Source: Betaproteobacteria bacterium (GTDB lineage: Bacteria > Pseudomonadota > Gammaproteobacteria > Burkholderiales > SG8-39). From it: a DNA stretch of 64,000 bases. The position numbers and the translations under genes were made by a program. Positions 17,209 through 27,463 of this stretch are shown here, piece after piece. The notes below the pieces were generated by a model. The model was not told the DNA's origin and searched no databases. It saw nothing but the letters and a program-made list of their open reading frames with translations. Each line of letters begins with the position of its first letter. The first letter of the stretch is position 1. Location of the stretch: contig CANJXQ010000003.1 in the NCBI GenBank assembly GCA_947478805.1, positions 6,994 through 70,993 on the forward strand, written 5' to 3'.

Positions 17209-18194
17209 GCCCGTCCTCCCATTTCAGTTGTTTTCGCTGCAGGTGTCTGCGCAGGCGTGCGCCGCAACTTCAGCCCCGCAAACAACTGCTGCAATCGCGG
17301 CCCCACGCCCTCGGGAAAGAACACCGCGCAGGTAATGACGACGATGCCAACAACGAGATCCGCGTTCGTCGACTTCGACTGCAGGATTGCACGCGTCACC
17401 TCCAGGATCACCGCGCCGATCAGCGGCCCGAGGAACATCGAGCGGCCGCCCAGCGCCACCATCATCAGCAGCATTGCGCTCGTCACCCACGACAAGAGGC
17501 CCGGTTCCACGCTGCCTTCGGTACCGGACCAGACGATGCCGAACACCGTGCCGAGCAGCCCGCCGCCGACCATCGCGGCGATCTCGTAGAGCTTGGGGTT
17601 GCCGCCGAGCGATGCCACGCGGTCGGGGTTGTCGCGAACCGCACCCAGCGTGGCGCCGAAAGGAGAAGCGAGCAGGCGCAGCAGCACTAGGCCCGCCAGC
17701 ACCAGCACGATGATCGCGAAGTAGTGCTGCGCGAGATCGTTGTCCAGCCACTTGGGCAAGACTACGCCGACCAACCCGTCGTCACCACCTGTGAGCTTGT
17801 AGTTGCGCGACACGAACACAAAGGCCACTTGGCCGATCGCCATCGTGAGCAGGCCGAAGAAGAGGTGCTTGGCGCGCAGCGAGATCAGCGCCACGATGAT
17901 CGACAGCGGCAGGCAGATCGCGAGCGCGAGCGCCGCGGCAGCCCCGTAGCCCATGCCGAATCGGATCGTGCCGAGCGCGACGACATACGCGCCCAGCCCG
18001 AAGAACAGGCCCTGCCCCATCGAGATGAGGCCCGTCGCGCCAACCAGCAGGTTCAGGCTCATGGCGCAGCCGGCAAGGACGACGATGCGCGTGGCTTCCG
18101 GCAGCATGGACTTCGAAATCACGAGCGGCAGCAAGCAGAAAACGAGCGCCACCAGCAGAAGGGGCGCGGCGCGCCTCAAGTCAAACTGTCCCAT
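17205..18194 (-). CDS. livM: Liv-type ABC transporter permease
   Basis: LNLLVGATGLISMGQ, TGGDDG, SPFG..L.AVRDN, LGG..FLGPLIGA. Confidence 0.92.
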   Translation of the reverse strand: MGQFDLRRAAPLLLVALVFCLLPLVISKSMLPEATRIVVLAGCAMSLNLLVGATGLISMGQGLFFGLGAYVVALGTIRFGMGYGAAAALALAICLPLSIIVALISLRAKHLFFGLLTMAIGQVAFVFVSRNYKLTGGDDGLVGVVLPKWLDNDLAQHYFAIIVLVLAGLVLLRLLASPFGATLGAVRDNPDRVASLGGNPKLYEIAAMVGGGLLGTVFGIVWSGTEGSVEPGLLSWVTSAMLLMMVALGGRSMFLGPLIGAVILEVTRAILQSKSTNADLVVGIVVITCAVFFPEGVGPRLQQLFAGLKLRRTPAQTPAAKTTEMGGRA

Positions 18195-18197
18195 ACG

Positions 18198-19079
18198 CTA
18201 GTCCCTCCCTGCGATGGTCCGGAATCCCGTAGGCCGGAAGAGAAGCACGATCACCATCACGGCGAAGATCACCACTTCGCCGCCCTGGTCCAGGAACATG
18301 GTGGAGACGGCCTCGGCGATGCCGATCACCAGGGCGGCCGCCAGGCTGCCCCACACCGCCCCCAGGCCGCCAATCACGATCACGGCAAAGGCGATCACGA
18401 TGATCTGCACGTCAAGTCCCAGGTTGATCGCGCCGCGCGGCACCGCGATGACACCCGCGATGCCCGCGAGCAGCGCGGCGATGCCCATGACCATGGTCCG
18501 AAGACGCTGCACATCGACACCGACCGCCCCGAGCATCTGCGGGTCATCGACCGCGGCGCGGATCAGGCGGCCCGTGCGGCTGCGCGTCAGCAGGCGCCAG
18601 AGGAACAGGGCCACCAAAGCAGTGACCACGAGCACGCCCAGCTGGTACGACGCAAGCCGCAGGCCGCCGAATTCGACGAAGCCCGACAGCATCTTGGGCG
18701 GCGCGACCGAGATCGCCTGCGTGCCGAAGACGAGCCGCGCGATGTTGTTGAGCGCAAGCACGAGCCCGAAGGAGACAAGCAGCTGCCCCCACATGGCCGA
18801 CTTGTAGACCGGGCGAAACAGGGTCATCTCGAGCGTGCAGGCAAAAAGTGCCGCGGCGAGCGGCACGATCACGAGCGCCACGATGAGCCCTATCTCCGGG
18901 CCCCAGGTCTGGATGCACAGCGCACCCGCGAACGCCGAGAGCATGAAGAACGAGCCGTGCGCGAGATTCACCACGCCAAGTGCGCCCCACAGTAGCGTGA
19001 GGCCCGATGCAACAAGGAAATACAGCGCCCCGTTCGCTGTGCCGGCCAGCACCTGCGCGGAAAAGAGTTGCCAGTTCAT
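18198..19079 (-). CDS. livH: Liv-type ABC transporter permease
   Basis: GLTLLWGALGVVNLAHG, TGRLIRAA, AFAVIVIGGLG, FRPTG. Confidence 0.93.
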   Translation of the reverse strand: MNWQLFSAQVLAGTANGALYFLVASGLTLLWGALGVVNLAHGSFFMLSAFAGALCIQTWGPEIGLIVALVIVPLAAALFACTLEMTLFRPVYKSAMWGQLLVSFGLVLALNNIARLVFGTQAISVAPPKMLSGFVEFGGLRLASYQLGVLVVTALVALFLWRLLTRSRTGRLIRAAVDDPQMLGAVGVDVQRLRTMVMGIAALLAGIAGVIAVPRGAINLGLDVQIIVIAFAVIVIGGLGAVWGSLAAALVIGIAEAVSTMFLDQGGEVVIFAVMVIVLLFRPTGFRTIAGRD

Positions 19080-19127
19080 TCGGACGTCCTGTTCATGTCT
19101 GTCTCCCGCTGTTGTTCTTCCAACCGG

Positions 19128-20333
19128 TCACGCACGCTCGAAGATGGCGGCAATGCCCTGCCCGCCTCCGATGCACATCGTCTCGAGCCCATAGCGCGAC
19201 TTGCGCCGCCGCATCTCGTGCAAAAGGGTGGTCATGATGCGCGCGCCCGTTGCGCCCACCGGGTGGCCCAGCGAGATGCCCGATCCGTTCACGTTGATTC
19301 TGTCTTCGAGCTGCTCGAGCGAGCTGCCCCAGCCCTTCACGCACGCAAGCGCCTGGCAGGCGAATGCCTCGTTCAACTCCACCAGGTCCATCTGCGAGAA
19401 GGCCAGGCCCGCGCGCTGAAGCACCTTATGCACTGCGGGAACTGGCCCGATGCCCATGCGCGACGGATCGCATCCCGCGGCGGCCCAGCCGACCAGCCAG
19501 CCGATAGGCTCCAGGCCCAGCTCTTCCAGCTTGTCCTCCGCCACGACGAGGCAGGCCGCGGCCGCGTCGTTTTGCTGGCAGGCATTTCCGGCGGTGACCG
19601 TGCCGTCCTTCATCACCGGTTTGAGCTTGCCCAGGCTCTCGAGCGTCGTGTCGGTGCGGATGCCCTCGTCCCTGGTCACCATCAACGCATCGCCCTTGCG
19701 CTGCGGCACCGCCACCGGTACCACCTCGTGCGTGAACTTGCCCTGTTCCCAGGCTGCCGCGGCGCGCTGCTGGCTGCGCAACGCGAACGCGTCGGCATCG
19801 TCCCGGGTGATGGCGTAGTCACGCGCGAGGTTCTCCGCCGTCTCGATCATTCCGCTGATGCGTCCGAACCGACTTTCCGGCTGCGAGCGTTCGCGGCCAC
19901 GCTCCAGCCGGTCGTGCATCGTCACCGAGCCCGCGCGGCTGCCCCAGCGCATGGATTTCGTGTAGTACTCGACATTGCTCATGCTCTCGACGCCGCCCGC
20001 CATGACAACGTCGGCCGCGCCGGTCTGCACCATCATCGCGGCCATCGCCACGGCCTGCAGGCCGCCGCCGCAGCGCCGGTCCAGTTGCATACCGGCCACC
20101 TCGATAGGAAATCCCGCCTGCAACGCGATCCATCGGCCGGTGCACGGCGTCTCGCCGTTCATGTAGCTTTGCGCAAAGACCACATCGTCCAGGCGCGCGG
20201 GATCCAGGCGCGTGCGTTCCATGATGGCGCGCGCGACGACTGCGCCGAGCTCTTCGACGGGCAGGCCTTTCAGCGCGCCCCCGAAAGCGCCGATGGGCGT
20301 GCGCAGGGGGGAAACAATGGCGGCTCTTTTCAT
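19128..20333 (-). CDS. Acetyl-CoA C-acyltransferase (thiolase)
   Basis: DRRCGGG (nucleophile Cys), NEAF, GHPVGATG and CIGGGQG are all intact. Confidence 0.96.
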   Translation of the reverse strand: MKRAAIVSPLRTPIGAFGGALKGLPVEELGAVVARAIMERTRLDPARLDDVVFAQSYMNGETPCTGRWIALQAGFPIEVAGMQLDRRCGGGLQAVAMAAMMVQTGAADVVMAGGVESMSNVEYYTKSMRWGSRAGSVTMHDRLERGRERSQPESRFGRISGMIETAENLARDYAITRDDADAFALRSQQRAAAAWEQGKFTHEVVPVAVPQRKGDALMVTRDEGIRTDTTLESLGKLKPVMKDGTVTAGNACQQNDAAAACLVVAEDKLEELGLEPIGWLVGWAAAGCDPSRMGIGPVPAVHKVLQRAGLAFSQMDLVELNEAFACQALACVKGWGSSLEQLEDRINVNGSGISLGHPVGATGARIMTTLLHEMRRRKSRYGLETMCIGGGQGIAAIFERA

Positions 20334-20354
20334 GATGTCGATTCCTTACTGTCT

Positions 20355-21104
20355 TCAGCCGTAACGTCCGCCCGTGACGTGTAGCACTTCGCCGCTTATG
20401 AAGCCCGCGCACTCGCTCGCAAGAAAAGCGACCGCGTCGGCGACATCCGCCGGCTGCCCCGCGCGCTTGATTGGCTGCGCCTGGATGGCGCGTTCCTTGA
20501 TAGTTTCATAGGTGGGCAACGCCTGCACCATCTCTGTGTCCATGAAGCCCGGCGCGATGCAGTTGACAGTGATGCCATAACGGCCCTCCTCGGCCGCCAG
20601 TGCCTTGGCCATGCCGATCAGGCCCGCCTTCGCCGCCGAATAGTTCGCCTGCGTCGGGTTGCCGAGGTGGGCGCGTGAGCTGATATTGATGACACGGCCC
20701 CACCCCTGCTCAATCATCTTCGGCATGACGGCACGGGTCGCCAGGAATGCGCCCTTTAGCATGACGTTCATCACGATGTCCCAGTCTTCCTCGCTCATCT
20801 TCACCAGATACTTGTCGCGCGGCATGCCGGCGTTGTTCACAAGCACGTGCACCCCGCCAAAAGTGGCAATGGTCTCATCGACCAGTCGCTGCACGTCGGC
20901 AGCTTTCGTGATGTCGCCCACCACGCAATGGACTGCGTGGCCCTGCGCGCGAAGCGCCGCCGCAGTGGCCTCGGCCTGCTCACGCTGGATGTCGGTCACG
21001 ACAACCCTGGCACCCTCGGCTGCCAGGCGCGCCACCATGGCCGCGCCCAGTCCGCGCGCCGAGCCGGTGACGATGGCCACCTTGTCTTTTAGACCCAAAT
21101 CCAT
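20355..21104 (-). CDS. fabG: 3-oxoacyl-ACP/CoA reductase (classical SDR)
   Basis: TGSARGLG, NNAG, NYSAAKAG (YxxxK); adjacent to the thiolase. Confidence 0.9.
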   Translation of the reverse strand: MDLGLKDKVAIVTGSARGLGAAMVARLAAEGARVVVTDIQREQAEATAAALRAQGHAVHCVVGDITKAADVQRLVDETIATFGGVHVLVNNAGMPRDKYLVKMSEEDWDIVMNVMLKGAFLATRAVMPKMIEQGWGRVINISSRAHLGNPTQANYSAAKAGLIGMAKALAAEEGRYGITVNCIAPGFMDTEMVQALPTYETIKERAIQAQPIKRAGQPADVADAVAFLASECAGFISGEVLHVTGGRYG

Positions 21105-21233
21105 CTATTTTTCTTCCAGAAAGTTGCGCGCAACGAGAACCCAACGTTGCAGCAGGTTGCCGCGCCGGGTCAACACAACGCGGCCGCATGCTCCGCACTT
21201 TAACGGATACTTCCGCGCTTACACCGGCGTGCG

Positions 21234-21250
21234 CTTCCGGTGTACGGAAC
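21234..21250. promoter_or_regulatory. IclR-type operator in the fabG/acyl-CoA dehydrogenase divergent region
   Basis: CTTCCG-GTGTA-CGGAAC, a near-perfect dyad. Confidence 0.7.
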
Positions 21251-21302
21251 AGGAGCGGACCGCCCCTTGGACCGGTGGCGGGGAGACCCTAGCATTGCGT
21301 GC

Positions 21303-22454
21303 ATGATCCGCGATCAAGCAACCCTCAACATCCTCCTCGACAGCGTGGCCCGCTTCGTACGCGAACGGCTGGTGCCCAACGAGGAACTCGTAGCCGAAAC
21401 CGACGAAATCCCGGCGGACATCGTCGCGGAGATGAAGGCGCTAGGTCTGTTCGGCCTGACCATCCCCGAGGCCTACGGCGGCTCCGAATTGACGATGGAA
21501 GAAGAAGTACTGACCATGCTCGAGCTTGGCCGGGCATCGCCTGCATTCCGCTCGCTCATCGGCACCACGGTGGGTATTGGCTCGCAGGGCATCTTGTTCG
21601 ACGGCACCGAGGAACAAAAGCAGAAGTACCTGCCGCGCCTTGCGACGGGTGAACTCATTGCATCGTTCGCGCTGACCGAGCCGGGGTCCGGCTCGGACGC
21701 CGCATCGCTCACCACCCAAGCCATCCGCGACGGCGACCACTACATCGTCAACGGCACCAAACGCTACATCACCAATGCGCCGCAGGCGGGCATCTTCACA
21801 CTGATGGCGCGCACCAACCCCGCCGAGAAGGGCGCGGGCGGCATCTCCGCCTTCATTCTCGAGGCCGGCACGACTGGCCTCAGTTTCGGCAAGCGCGACA
21901 GAAAGATGGGGCAAAAAGGTGCACACACCTGCGACGTGGTCTTCGACAACTGCCGCGTGCCCGCCGCCAACCTGATCGGCGGCGTGGAAGGCCGCGGCTT
22001 CAAGACCGCGATGAAGGTGCTGGACAAGGGCCGCATCCACATCGCTTCGATCTGCGTTGCGGTGGCCGAGCGCATGCTCGCCGATGCGCTGAGGTACGCG
22101 GTCGAGCGCAAGCAGTTCGGCCAGCCCATCGCCGGGTTCCAGTTGGTGCAGGCGATGCTCGCCGACAGCAAGGCCGAGATCTATGCGGCGCGTTGCATGG
22201 TCATCGATGCGGCCCAGCGCCGTGACGCCGGCTTGCCCGTGAGCACCGAGGCATCCTGCGCCAAGATGTTCGCATCCGAGATGTGCGGCCGTGTCGCGGA
22301 CCGCGCCGTACAGATCTTTGGCGGTGCGGGCTACATGAGCGACTACGGGATCGAGCGCTTCTACCGCGACGTGCGGCTGTTCCGCATCTACGAAGGCACA
22401 ACCCAGATTCAGCAGGTGGTTATCGCGCGCAACATGGTGCGCGAGCTTCGCTAG
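21303..22454 (+). CDS. Acyl-CoA dehydrogenase
   Basis: FALTEPGSGSDA, GTKRYITNA, RKQFGQPI, QIFGGAGY and RIYEGT (catalytic Glu). Start MIRDQ at 21303. Confidence 0.96.
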   Translation: MIRDQATLNILLDSVARFVRERLVPNEELVAETDEIPADIVAEMKALGLFGLTIPEAYGGSELTMEEEVLTMLELGRASPAFRSLIGTTVGIGSQGILFDGTEEQKQKYLPRLATGELIASFALTEPGSGSDAASLTTQAIRDGDHYIVNGTKRYITNAPQAGIFTLMARTNPAEKGAGGISAFILEAGTTGLSFGKRDRKMGQKGAHTCDVVFDNCRVPAANLIGGVEGRGFKTAMKVLDKGRIHIASICVAVAERMLADALRYAVERKQFGQPIAGFQLVQAMLADSKAEIYAARCMVIDAAQRRDAGLPVSTEASCAKMFASEMCGRVADRAVQIFGGAGYMSDYGIERFYRDVRLFRIYEGTTQIQQVVIARNMVRELR

Positions 22455-22471
22455 GACCCGGCCTCGCCGCT

Positions 22472-23446
22472 TCAGCCCTTTTGCCTGGCAAGCGTTCCAA
22501 GACGTTTGAACTGCTCTTCGAACTTCGGAAAATCGGCCACCAGCTGCTTGTGGTCCGCGCCCTCGACGAACATCTGCTGCGCAGTGCAGAAGTCCTTGAA
22601 CTCCTGCGACCGAACGATGCGCATGAACTCATCGGACAGGCGCTGCACCACCGGCTGCGGCGTGCGCGCCGGCGCGACGACACCGATCCAGCCCGAGACA
22701 AAATCCAGGCCCGCAATGCCGACTTCCTGCGCGGCCGGCACGTTGGGCAGCACATCCCAGCGCGTGCGGTTGGTCACGAGCAGCGCGCGCAGCTTGCCCG
22801 CCCCGACGAGGCCCATGATGCCCGCTGGCCCCTGGAAGGTGAAGTCCACCACGCCTGAGGCAACGTCCGTCGTCGCCGGTCCGTTGCCCTTGTAGGGGAT
22901 GTGCTTCACTGTGGTCTGCGTCGCTTCGCAGAATGTGACCATGTGCAGGTGCGAAGTTCCCCCCGCGCCGCCCGACGAGAAGGTGATCTCCCCCGGCTTC
23001 GCCTTCATCGCGCGGACCAGGTCCGCGACGGTCTTGTAAGGCGAGTCCGCACCGACGACCAGTCCGCTTGGCGAGCTGCAGAGCATTGCGATGGGCGTGT
23101 AGTCGGTCAGTGGCTCATAGCCCACGGGCTGGTCGGAAGTCCACTTCGTAAGGAATAGCGGAATGCCGGTGACGAGCAGCGTGTAGCCGTCGGCCGGCGA
23201 CTTCGCGACCACGGCCGTTCCGATCGCGCCGCCCGCGCCCGCGCGGTCGTCGACCAGGACCGGGGTGTTCAGCCGCTTGGACAGGGCTTCGCCGACCACC
23301 CGCGCAACGGTGTCGATCTGCGTGCCGGTCGATGCGGGAACGATGAGCCGGACCGGCTTGGCCGGGTACTGCTGGGCAAGAACGCTTCGCGGCCCGGCAA
23401 GCGCACCGAGCGCAGCCGCGCCTAGCAATGGTCGTCGAGAGATCAT
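22472..23446 (-). CDS. Bug/TctC tripartite tricarboxylate transporter receptor
   Basis: YPAKPVRLIVP, DRAGAGGAIG, SPADGYTLL, HIPYKG. RR-containing signal peptide MISRRPLL at 23446. Confidence 0.94.
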   Translation of the reverse strand: MISRRPLLGAAALGALAGPRSVLAQQYPAKPVRLIVPASTGTQIDTVARVVGEALSKRLNTPVLVDDRAGAGGAIGTAVVAKSPADGYTLLVTGIPLFLTKWTSDQPVGYEPLTDYTPIAMLCSSPSGLVVGADSPYKTVADLVRAMKAKPGEITFSSGGAGGTSHLHMVTFCEATQTTVKHIPYKGNGPATTDVASGVVDFTFQGPAGIMGLVGAGKLRALLVTNRTRWDVLPNVPAAQEVGIAGLDFVSGWIGVVAPARTPQPVVQRLSDEFMRIVRSQEFKDFCTAQQMFVEGADHKQLVADFPKFEEQFKRLGTLARQKG

Positions 23447-23542
23447 GGAGTTGTCCTTTCGGTGATGGTCCGCGCGCGGCGTCCATGTCGAGCTGCGACC
23501 TTGCCGCGCTCCCCGCGCCGGCTCAAGCACGCCCCATGACGC

Positions 23543-23559
23543 GTTCCGTACAGTGATCC
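23543..23559. promoter_or_regulatory. IclR-type operator (strong half-site) in the Bug/prpD divergent region
   Basis: GTTCCG-TACAG-TGATCC; shares GTTCCGTACA with the sites at 21234, 33298 and 56932. Confidence 0.55.
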
Positions 23560-23654
23560 AGCAGAAGAGATTCTCAAAAGACGAATGGACATCGGCGGCC
23601 ATGGCTCCTACGATCATTGGCGAACACACCCAATCAACCCCAAAGGAGTGCCGC

Positions 23655-25076
23655 ATGCTGACCGTTGTTGAATCGTTGGCGCAGTTCACCGCGCAGACGC
23701 GTTACGAGGATCTGCCGCAGGAGGTAGTGCGCGAAGCCAAGCGCCTGCTCGTGGACTCGATCGGCTGCGCGCTCGGCGGCCTCAGCCACCCCAAGGGGGC
23801 AATCGGCGTGCAGTACGCCAACACGCTGGGTCCGGGCGCGCCCGGACAGCAGGCGACCATCATCGGAACCGGCGAGCGCGTAAGCGCAGTCGGTGCGGCC
23901 TTCGCGAACGGCGAATTGATCAACGCCCTGGACTTCGACGCCGTGCTGCCGCCGGGGCATGTCAGTCCCTATGTCATCCCATGTGCCCTGGCTGCCGGCG
24001 AATCGGCACAGGCGTCGGGCAGGAACCTCATCCGCGCGGTCGCGATCTCCCACGAGATGACTAACCGCATCGGCCGCGCGCTCGATTCGCTGCGCGACAC
24101 CAAGGACGGCAAGGCATCGCCACCGGCGGTCATGGGCTTTTCCAGCACGGTGTTCGGCGCGGCCGCGGCGGTGGGAGTGATGAAGGGCCATTCGCGTGAG
24201 GTGGTGGCCAACGCACTTGGTATCGCAGGCAGCATTTCGCCCGTGAATTCGCAATGGTCGTGGTCGGTCCACATGCCCACCGCCACGGTGAAATACGGTC
24301 TCGCGGGCGCGGTGACGCAAGCAGCCATGGCGGCAGCCTCGCTCGCGGAGCTCGGCCATACCGGCGACATCCAGATGCTGGACGACGGCGAACACGGCTA
24401 CCGGCGCATGATCGGCAGTACGCGCTGGTCGCCCGAGCGCATCACGCCCGGCCTGGGCACCGAGTGGCTCTTTATTGCCGAGCAGGTGTACAAGATGTAC
24501 CCACACTGCCGCATCCTGGCCGGCCCGCTCGATGTGCTGCGCGACATCGTCGAGTCCAACGACATCAAACCCTCGGAGATCGAGGGCATCAAGGCCTGGG
24601 TCGAGGGTTTCGTGATGGAGCCGCTGTGGCTCAATCGTAAGATCGAAAACCCGACGCAGGCGCAGTTCAGTATGTCGCACGGGCTTTCGGTCGGGGCGCA
24701 CCTCATCCCGCCCGGCAAGGCCTGGCAGTCGCCGGAAGTCGTGTTCGACCCTTCGATTCTCGCGCTCATGGAAAAGATCGAGTTCGAGGTGCATCCCGAC
24801 TACGCGAAGCTCCTGGCGGGGCATTCGGCCAGCAGGCCGACGCGTATTGAGGTTCGAGCCCGCGGCCATAGCTTCGTTGGCGAGAAACGGTTCCCGAAGG
24901 GCGGTCCTTCTCCCGACCCGGCCACGACCGTGACGAACGATGAGCTTGGCGCCAAATTCGAGCGCAATGCCGCCGGTGTGCTGTCCGCCCGGACAACCGC
25001 TTCGGTGCTCGATCAGCTCTGGAATCTCGAGAAGATCGAGGATATCGGACGATTCATGGCGACGCTCGCGAAATGA
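23655..25076 (+). CDS. MmgE/PrpD family protein
   Basis: AKRLLVDSIGCALGG, AAFANGELINALDFD, KMYPHC, AQFS. RBS AAGGAG precedes the ATG at 23655. Confidence 0.92.
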   Translation: MLTVVESLAQFTAQTRYEDLPQEVVREAKRLLVDSIGCALGGLSHPKGAIGVQYANTLGPGAPGQQATIIGTGERVSAVGAAFANGELINALDFDAVLPPGHVSPYVIPCALAAGESAQASGRNLIRAVAISHEMTNRIGRALDSLRDTKDGKASPPAVMGFSSTVFGAAAAVGVMKGHSREVVANALGIAGSISPVNSQWSWSVHMPTATVKYGLAGAVTQAAMAAASLAELGHTGDIQMLDDGEHGYRRMIGSTRWSPERITPGLGTEWLFIAEQVYKMYPHCRILAGPLDVLRDIVESNDIKPSEIEGIKAWVEGFVMEPLWLNRKIENPTQAQFSMSHGLSVGAHLIPPGKAWQSPEVVFDPSILALMEKIEFEVHPDYAKLLAGHSASRPTRIEVRARGHSFVGEKRFPKGGPSPDPATTVTNDELGAKFERNAAGVLSARTTASVLDQLWNLEKIEDIGRFMATLAK

Positions 25077-25138
25077 AGGCGTGATCTGACGATTTTTCGG
25101 GCAACCGTTCACACCCCCCCATTGGAGACAAACAGTCC

Positions 25139-26188
25139 ATGCCAGGTCTTTATTACGAAGAGTTTCAACCCGGTCAGATCTTCGACCATGCGACACGCAG
25201 GACCATGACCGAGATGGACAACGTTCTCATGTGCGCCCTGACGGCCAATCCGCAGCCGCTTTGCATCGACGCCGAGTATGCGAAGGGCACGGTCTTCGGG
25301 CAGCGGCTCGTCAATGGCCTGTTCGTGTTCGGCTTCGTCGCCGGCGTTCCGGTGCCCGACATGACGCTGGGGACCACGCTCGGCAACCTCGGCTTCGAGG
25401 ACGTGAAGTTCACCAAGCCCGTGTTCATCGGCGACACGGTCAGGGCGCGCACCGAAATCACCGCGAAGCGGGAATCGAAAAAGCGCAGCGATTCGGGCAT
25501 CGTGTTTTTTCGCCACTACGGGATCAACCAGCGCGACGAGATCGTCCTCCAAGCCGACCGCGCGGGGCTGATGCTTAAGGTTCCTGCTGGCCTGGACCGC
25601 AGTGGCGTTAACCCGCCCGCTCCGAGCGTAGGCTATCAGTCCCCGGCGCGAAGCGTAAGCGGTACGGGGACGGCCAAGGTCGAGTCAGCCAAGTCACAAG
25701 CAGCAGGGCCGCTGAACCAAGAGAAGAACGCGACGGGGGGCCTTCATTTCGAAGATTGCCGCGAAGGGCTGGTGATCGAGCACGCGATCCACCGGACCGT
25801 GACGGAGACGGACAACCTCATGTTTTCCGCAATGACCTACAACTGCGCGCCGCTGCACATCGACGCCGAGTACAGCAAGGGCAGCATTTTCGGGCAGCGA
25901 CTCGTCAACAGCATGTACCTGATCGGGTTGGTGTCGGGGATCACGGTGATCGAGACTACACTCGGCACCACGCTTGCGAATGTGGGATATGAAGACATCC
26001 AGTTCCCCAAGCCGGTGTTCCATGGCGACACCATCCGCGTTCGCACCGAAATCGTGAAAGCACGGCCGTCGAAAAGCCGCAGCGACTGCGGTGTCGTCAC
26101 CTTCCGCCACGTCGGCATCAATCAGCGTGGCGAAGAAGTCTGCATTGCGCTGCGCACCGGCCTGATGCTACTGCGGCCGAAGCATTGA
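25139..26188 (+). CDS. Tandem double MaoC (hot-dog fold) dehydratase
   Basis: Two similar ~150-aa units (GL.(Y/F)E...FGQRLVN...TLGTTL.N.G...F.KPVF.GDT) joined by a ~50-aa linker. Confidence 0.93.
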   Translation: MPGLYYEEFQPGQIFDHATRRTMTEMDNVLMCALTANPQPLCIDAEYAKGTVFGQRLVNGLFVFGFVAGVPVPDMTLGTTLGNLGFEDVKFTKPVFIGDTVRARTEITAKRESKKRSDSGIVFFRHYGINQRDEIVLQADRAGLMLKVPAGLDRSGVNPPAPSVGYQSPARSVSGTGTAKVESAKSQAAGPLNQEKNATGGLHFEDCREGLVIEHAIHRTVTETDNLMFSAMTYNCAPLHIDAEYSKGSIFGQRLVNSMYLIGLVSGITVIETTLGTTLANVGYEDIQFPKPVFHGDTIRVRTEIVKARPSKSRSDCGVVTFRHVGINQRGEEVCIALRTGLMLLRPKH

Positions 26189-26222
26189 GGATGCCGCGTC
26201 AAGCCCGGCACGGCAACTCTTC

Positions 26223-27452
26223 CTAGTTCGCGGCGCGCATCGCCTTCACTGCGGATTCGCTCGGGCGCACGTCCTTGCCGGGCACGATGGAGGAGATGTC
26301 CAGCACCGCCTGGCCGAACTCCTTGCTTTGCGTCACCTTGCCGAAGTAGACCGGCACCTCCGCCTGGTGGTCGAACTTCCCGATGCGAAACAGGCCGCGC
26401 GGGGAGTCGAACTCCGTCGCCTCGATCGCGGCCATCACCGCGTCCGGCTCCACCGACTTCGCGGCATTGGCCGCGCGAGCCCAGGTGACGACGCAGTCGT
26501 GCGCGAGCGTCGACCAGTCGGACGGATACTTGCCCGTCTTGGCCTTGTACTGCGCGACATACGAGCGCGCATTGGCCGTCCCCGCGGCCATGTAGTTCGC
26601 CGGGGCACGCTGCCATCCGTCGGTGCCTACCGCCGCAAATTCACCCAGGGCCTTGAGCGTGTTGCCGTCGTACAGGGCGATGAACTTGTTGTCGATTTGC
26701 TTGAAAAACCCTACGGCGGTCGCCTGCTTTGAGAAGGCGAGCAGGTCAGCCCCGAACAGCATGGTGAAGACGTAGTCGGGCTTGGCGGCAATCACCTTGT
26801 TGATGGTGGCCGTGTAGTCGGACGCTCCGAACTTCGGATACTCCTCCACGACGATCTCGGTCTGCGGATTGAGCTCCTTGATGAATTCCTTGAACCGGAT
26901 GGCGCCCGAGCGGCCTCCGGCGTAATCGGCGGTGATCACGGCATAGCGCTTGTGCGGTTGCGCGGCTAGGCGCTTGGCCAGCGCGCGCATTTCCATGTAC
27001 GAGTTGGCGCCGATTTGAAAAATGTAGGGCTGGTATTCCTTGATGGTGATGTCGTCAGAGTTCGCGGAGTTGGCGCAAGTGGGCATCTTCAACTTGCCGG
27101 AGACGGCCTTGCTGACGGCGATGGCGCTGGCGGACGATTGCGGCGACAGCATGAATTTCGCGCCGCCCTGTATCAGTGCGGTCGCCTGGTTGACGGCTCG
27201 CTGCGGATTCGTCCCGTTGTCCTGGTAGGTGAGCGCGAGCGGACGACCGAGCACGCCACCGTTCTTGTTGACGGACTCCACCGCGTATTCCACACCGTCC
27301 AGCACGTCCTTGCCTACGTCGGCGGCGGCGCCGCTCAAATCGAAGGTTCCCGCGATCGGGATGGGCTCGCCGGTGGCCGGCGCGGCCGGCGAAGGCAGGC
27401 TCGTCGCAGCGAGCGACGCGGCCAGGAGAGAACAGAAGGCGATATTTTTCAT
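26223..27452 (-). CDS. Liv-type (periplasmic type I) ABC substrate-binding protein, paralog A
   Basis: Signal peptide, DLSGAAA, NKNGGVLGRPL, DNGTNP. Confidence 0.92.
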   Translation of the reverse strand: MKNIAFCSLLAASLAATSLPSPAAPATGEPIPIAGTFDLSGAAADVGKDVLDGVEYAVESVNKNGGVLGRPLALTYQDNGTNPQRAVNQATALIQGGAKFMLSPQSSASAIAVSKAVSGKLKMPTCANSANSDDITIKEYQPYIFQIGANSYMEMRALAKRLAAQPHKRYAVITADYAGGRSGAIRFKEFIKELNPQTEIVVEEYPKFGASDYTATINKVIAAKPDYVFTMLFGADLLAFSKQATAVGFFKQIDNKFIALYDGNTLKALGEFAAVGTDGWQRAPANYMAAGTANARSYVAQYKAKTGKYPSDWSTLAHDCVVTWARAANAAKSVEPDAVMAAIEATEFDSPRGLFRIGKFDHQAEVPVYFGKVTQSKEFGQAVLDISSIVPGKDVRPSESAVKAMRAAN

Positions 27453-27463
27453 TGGAGTTTTCC

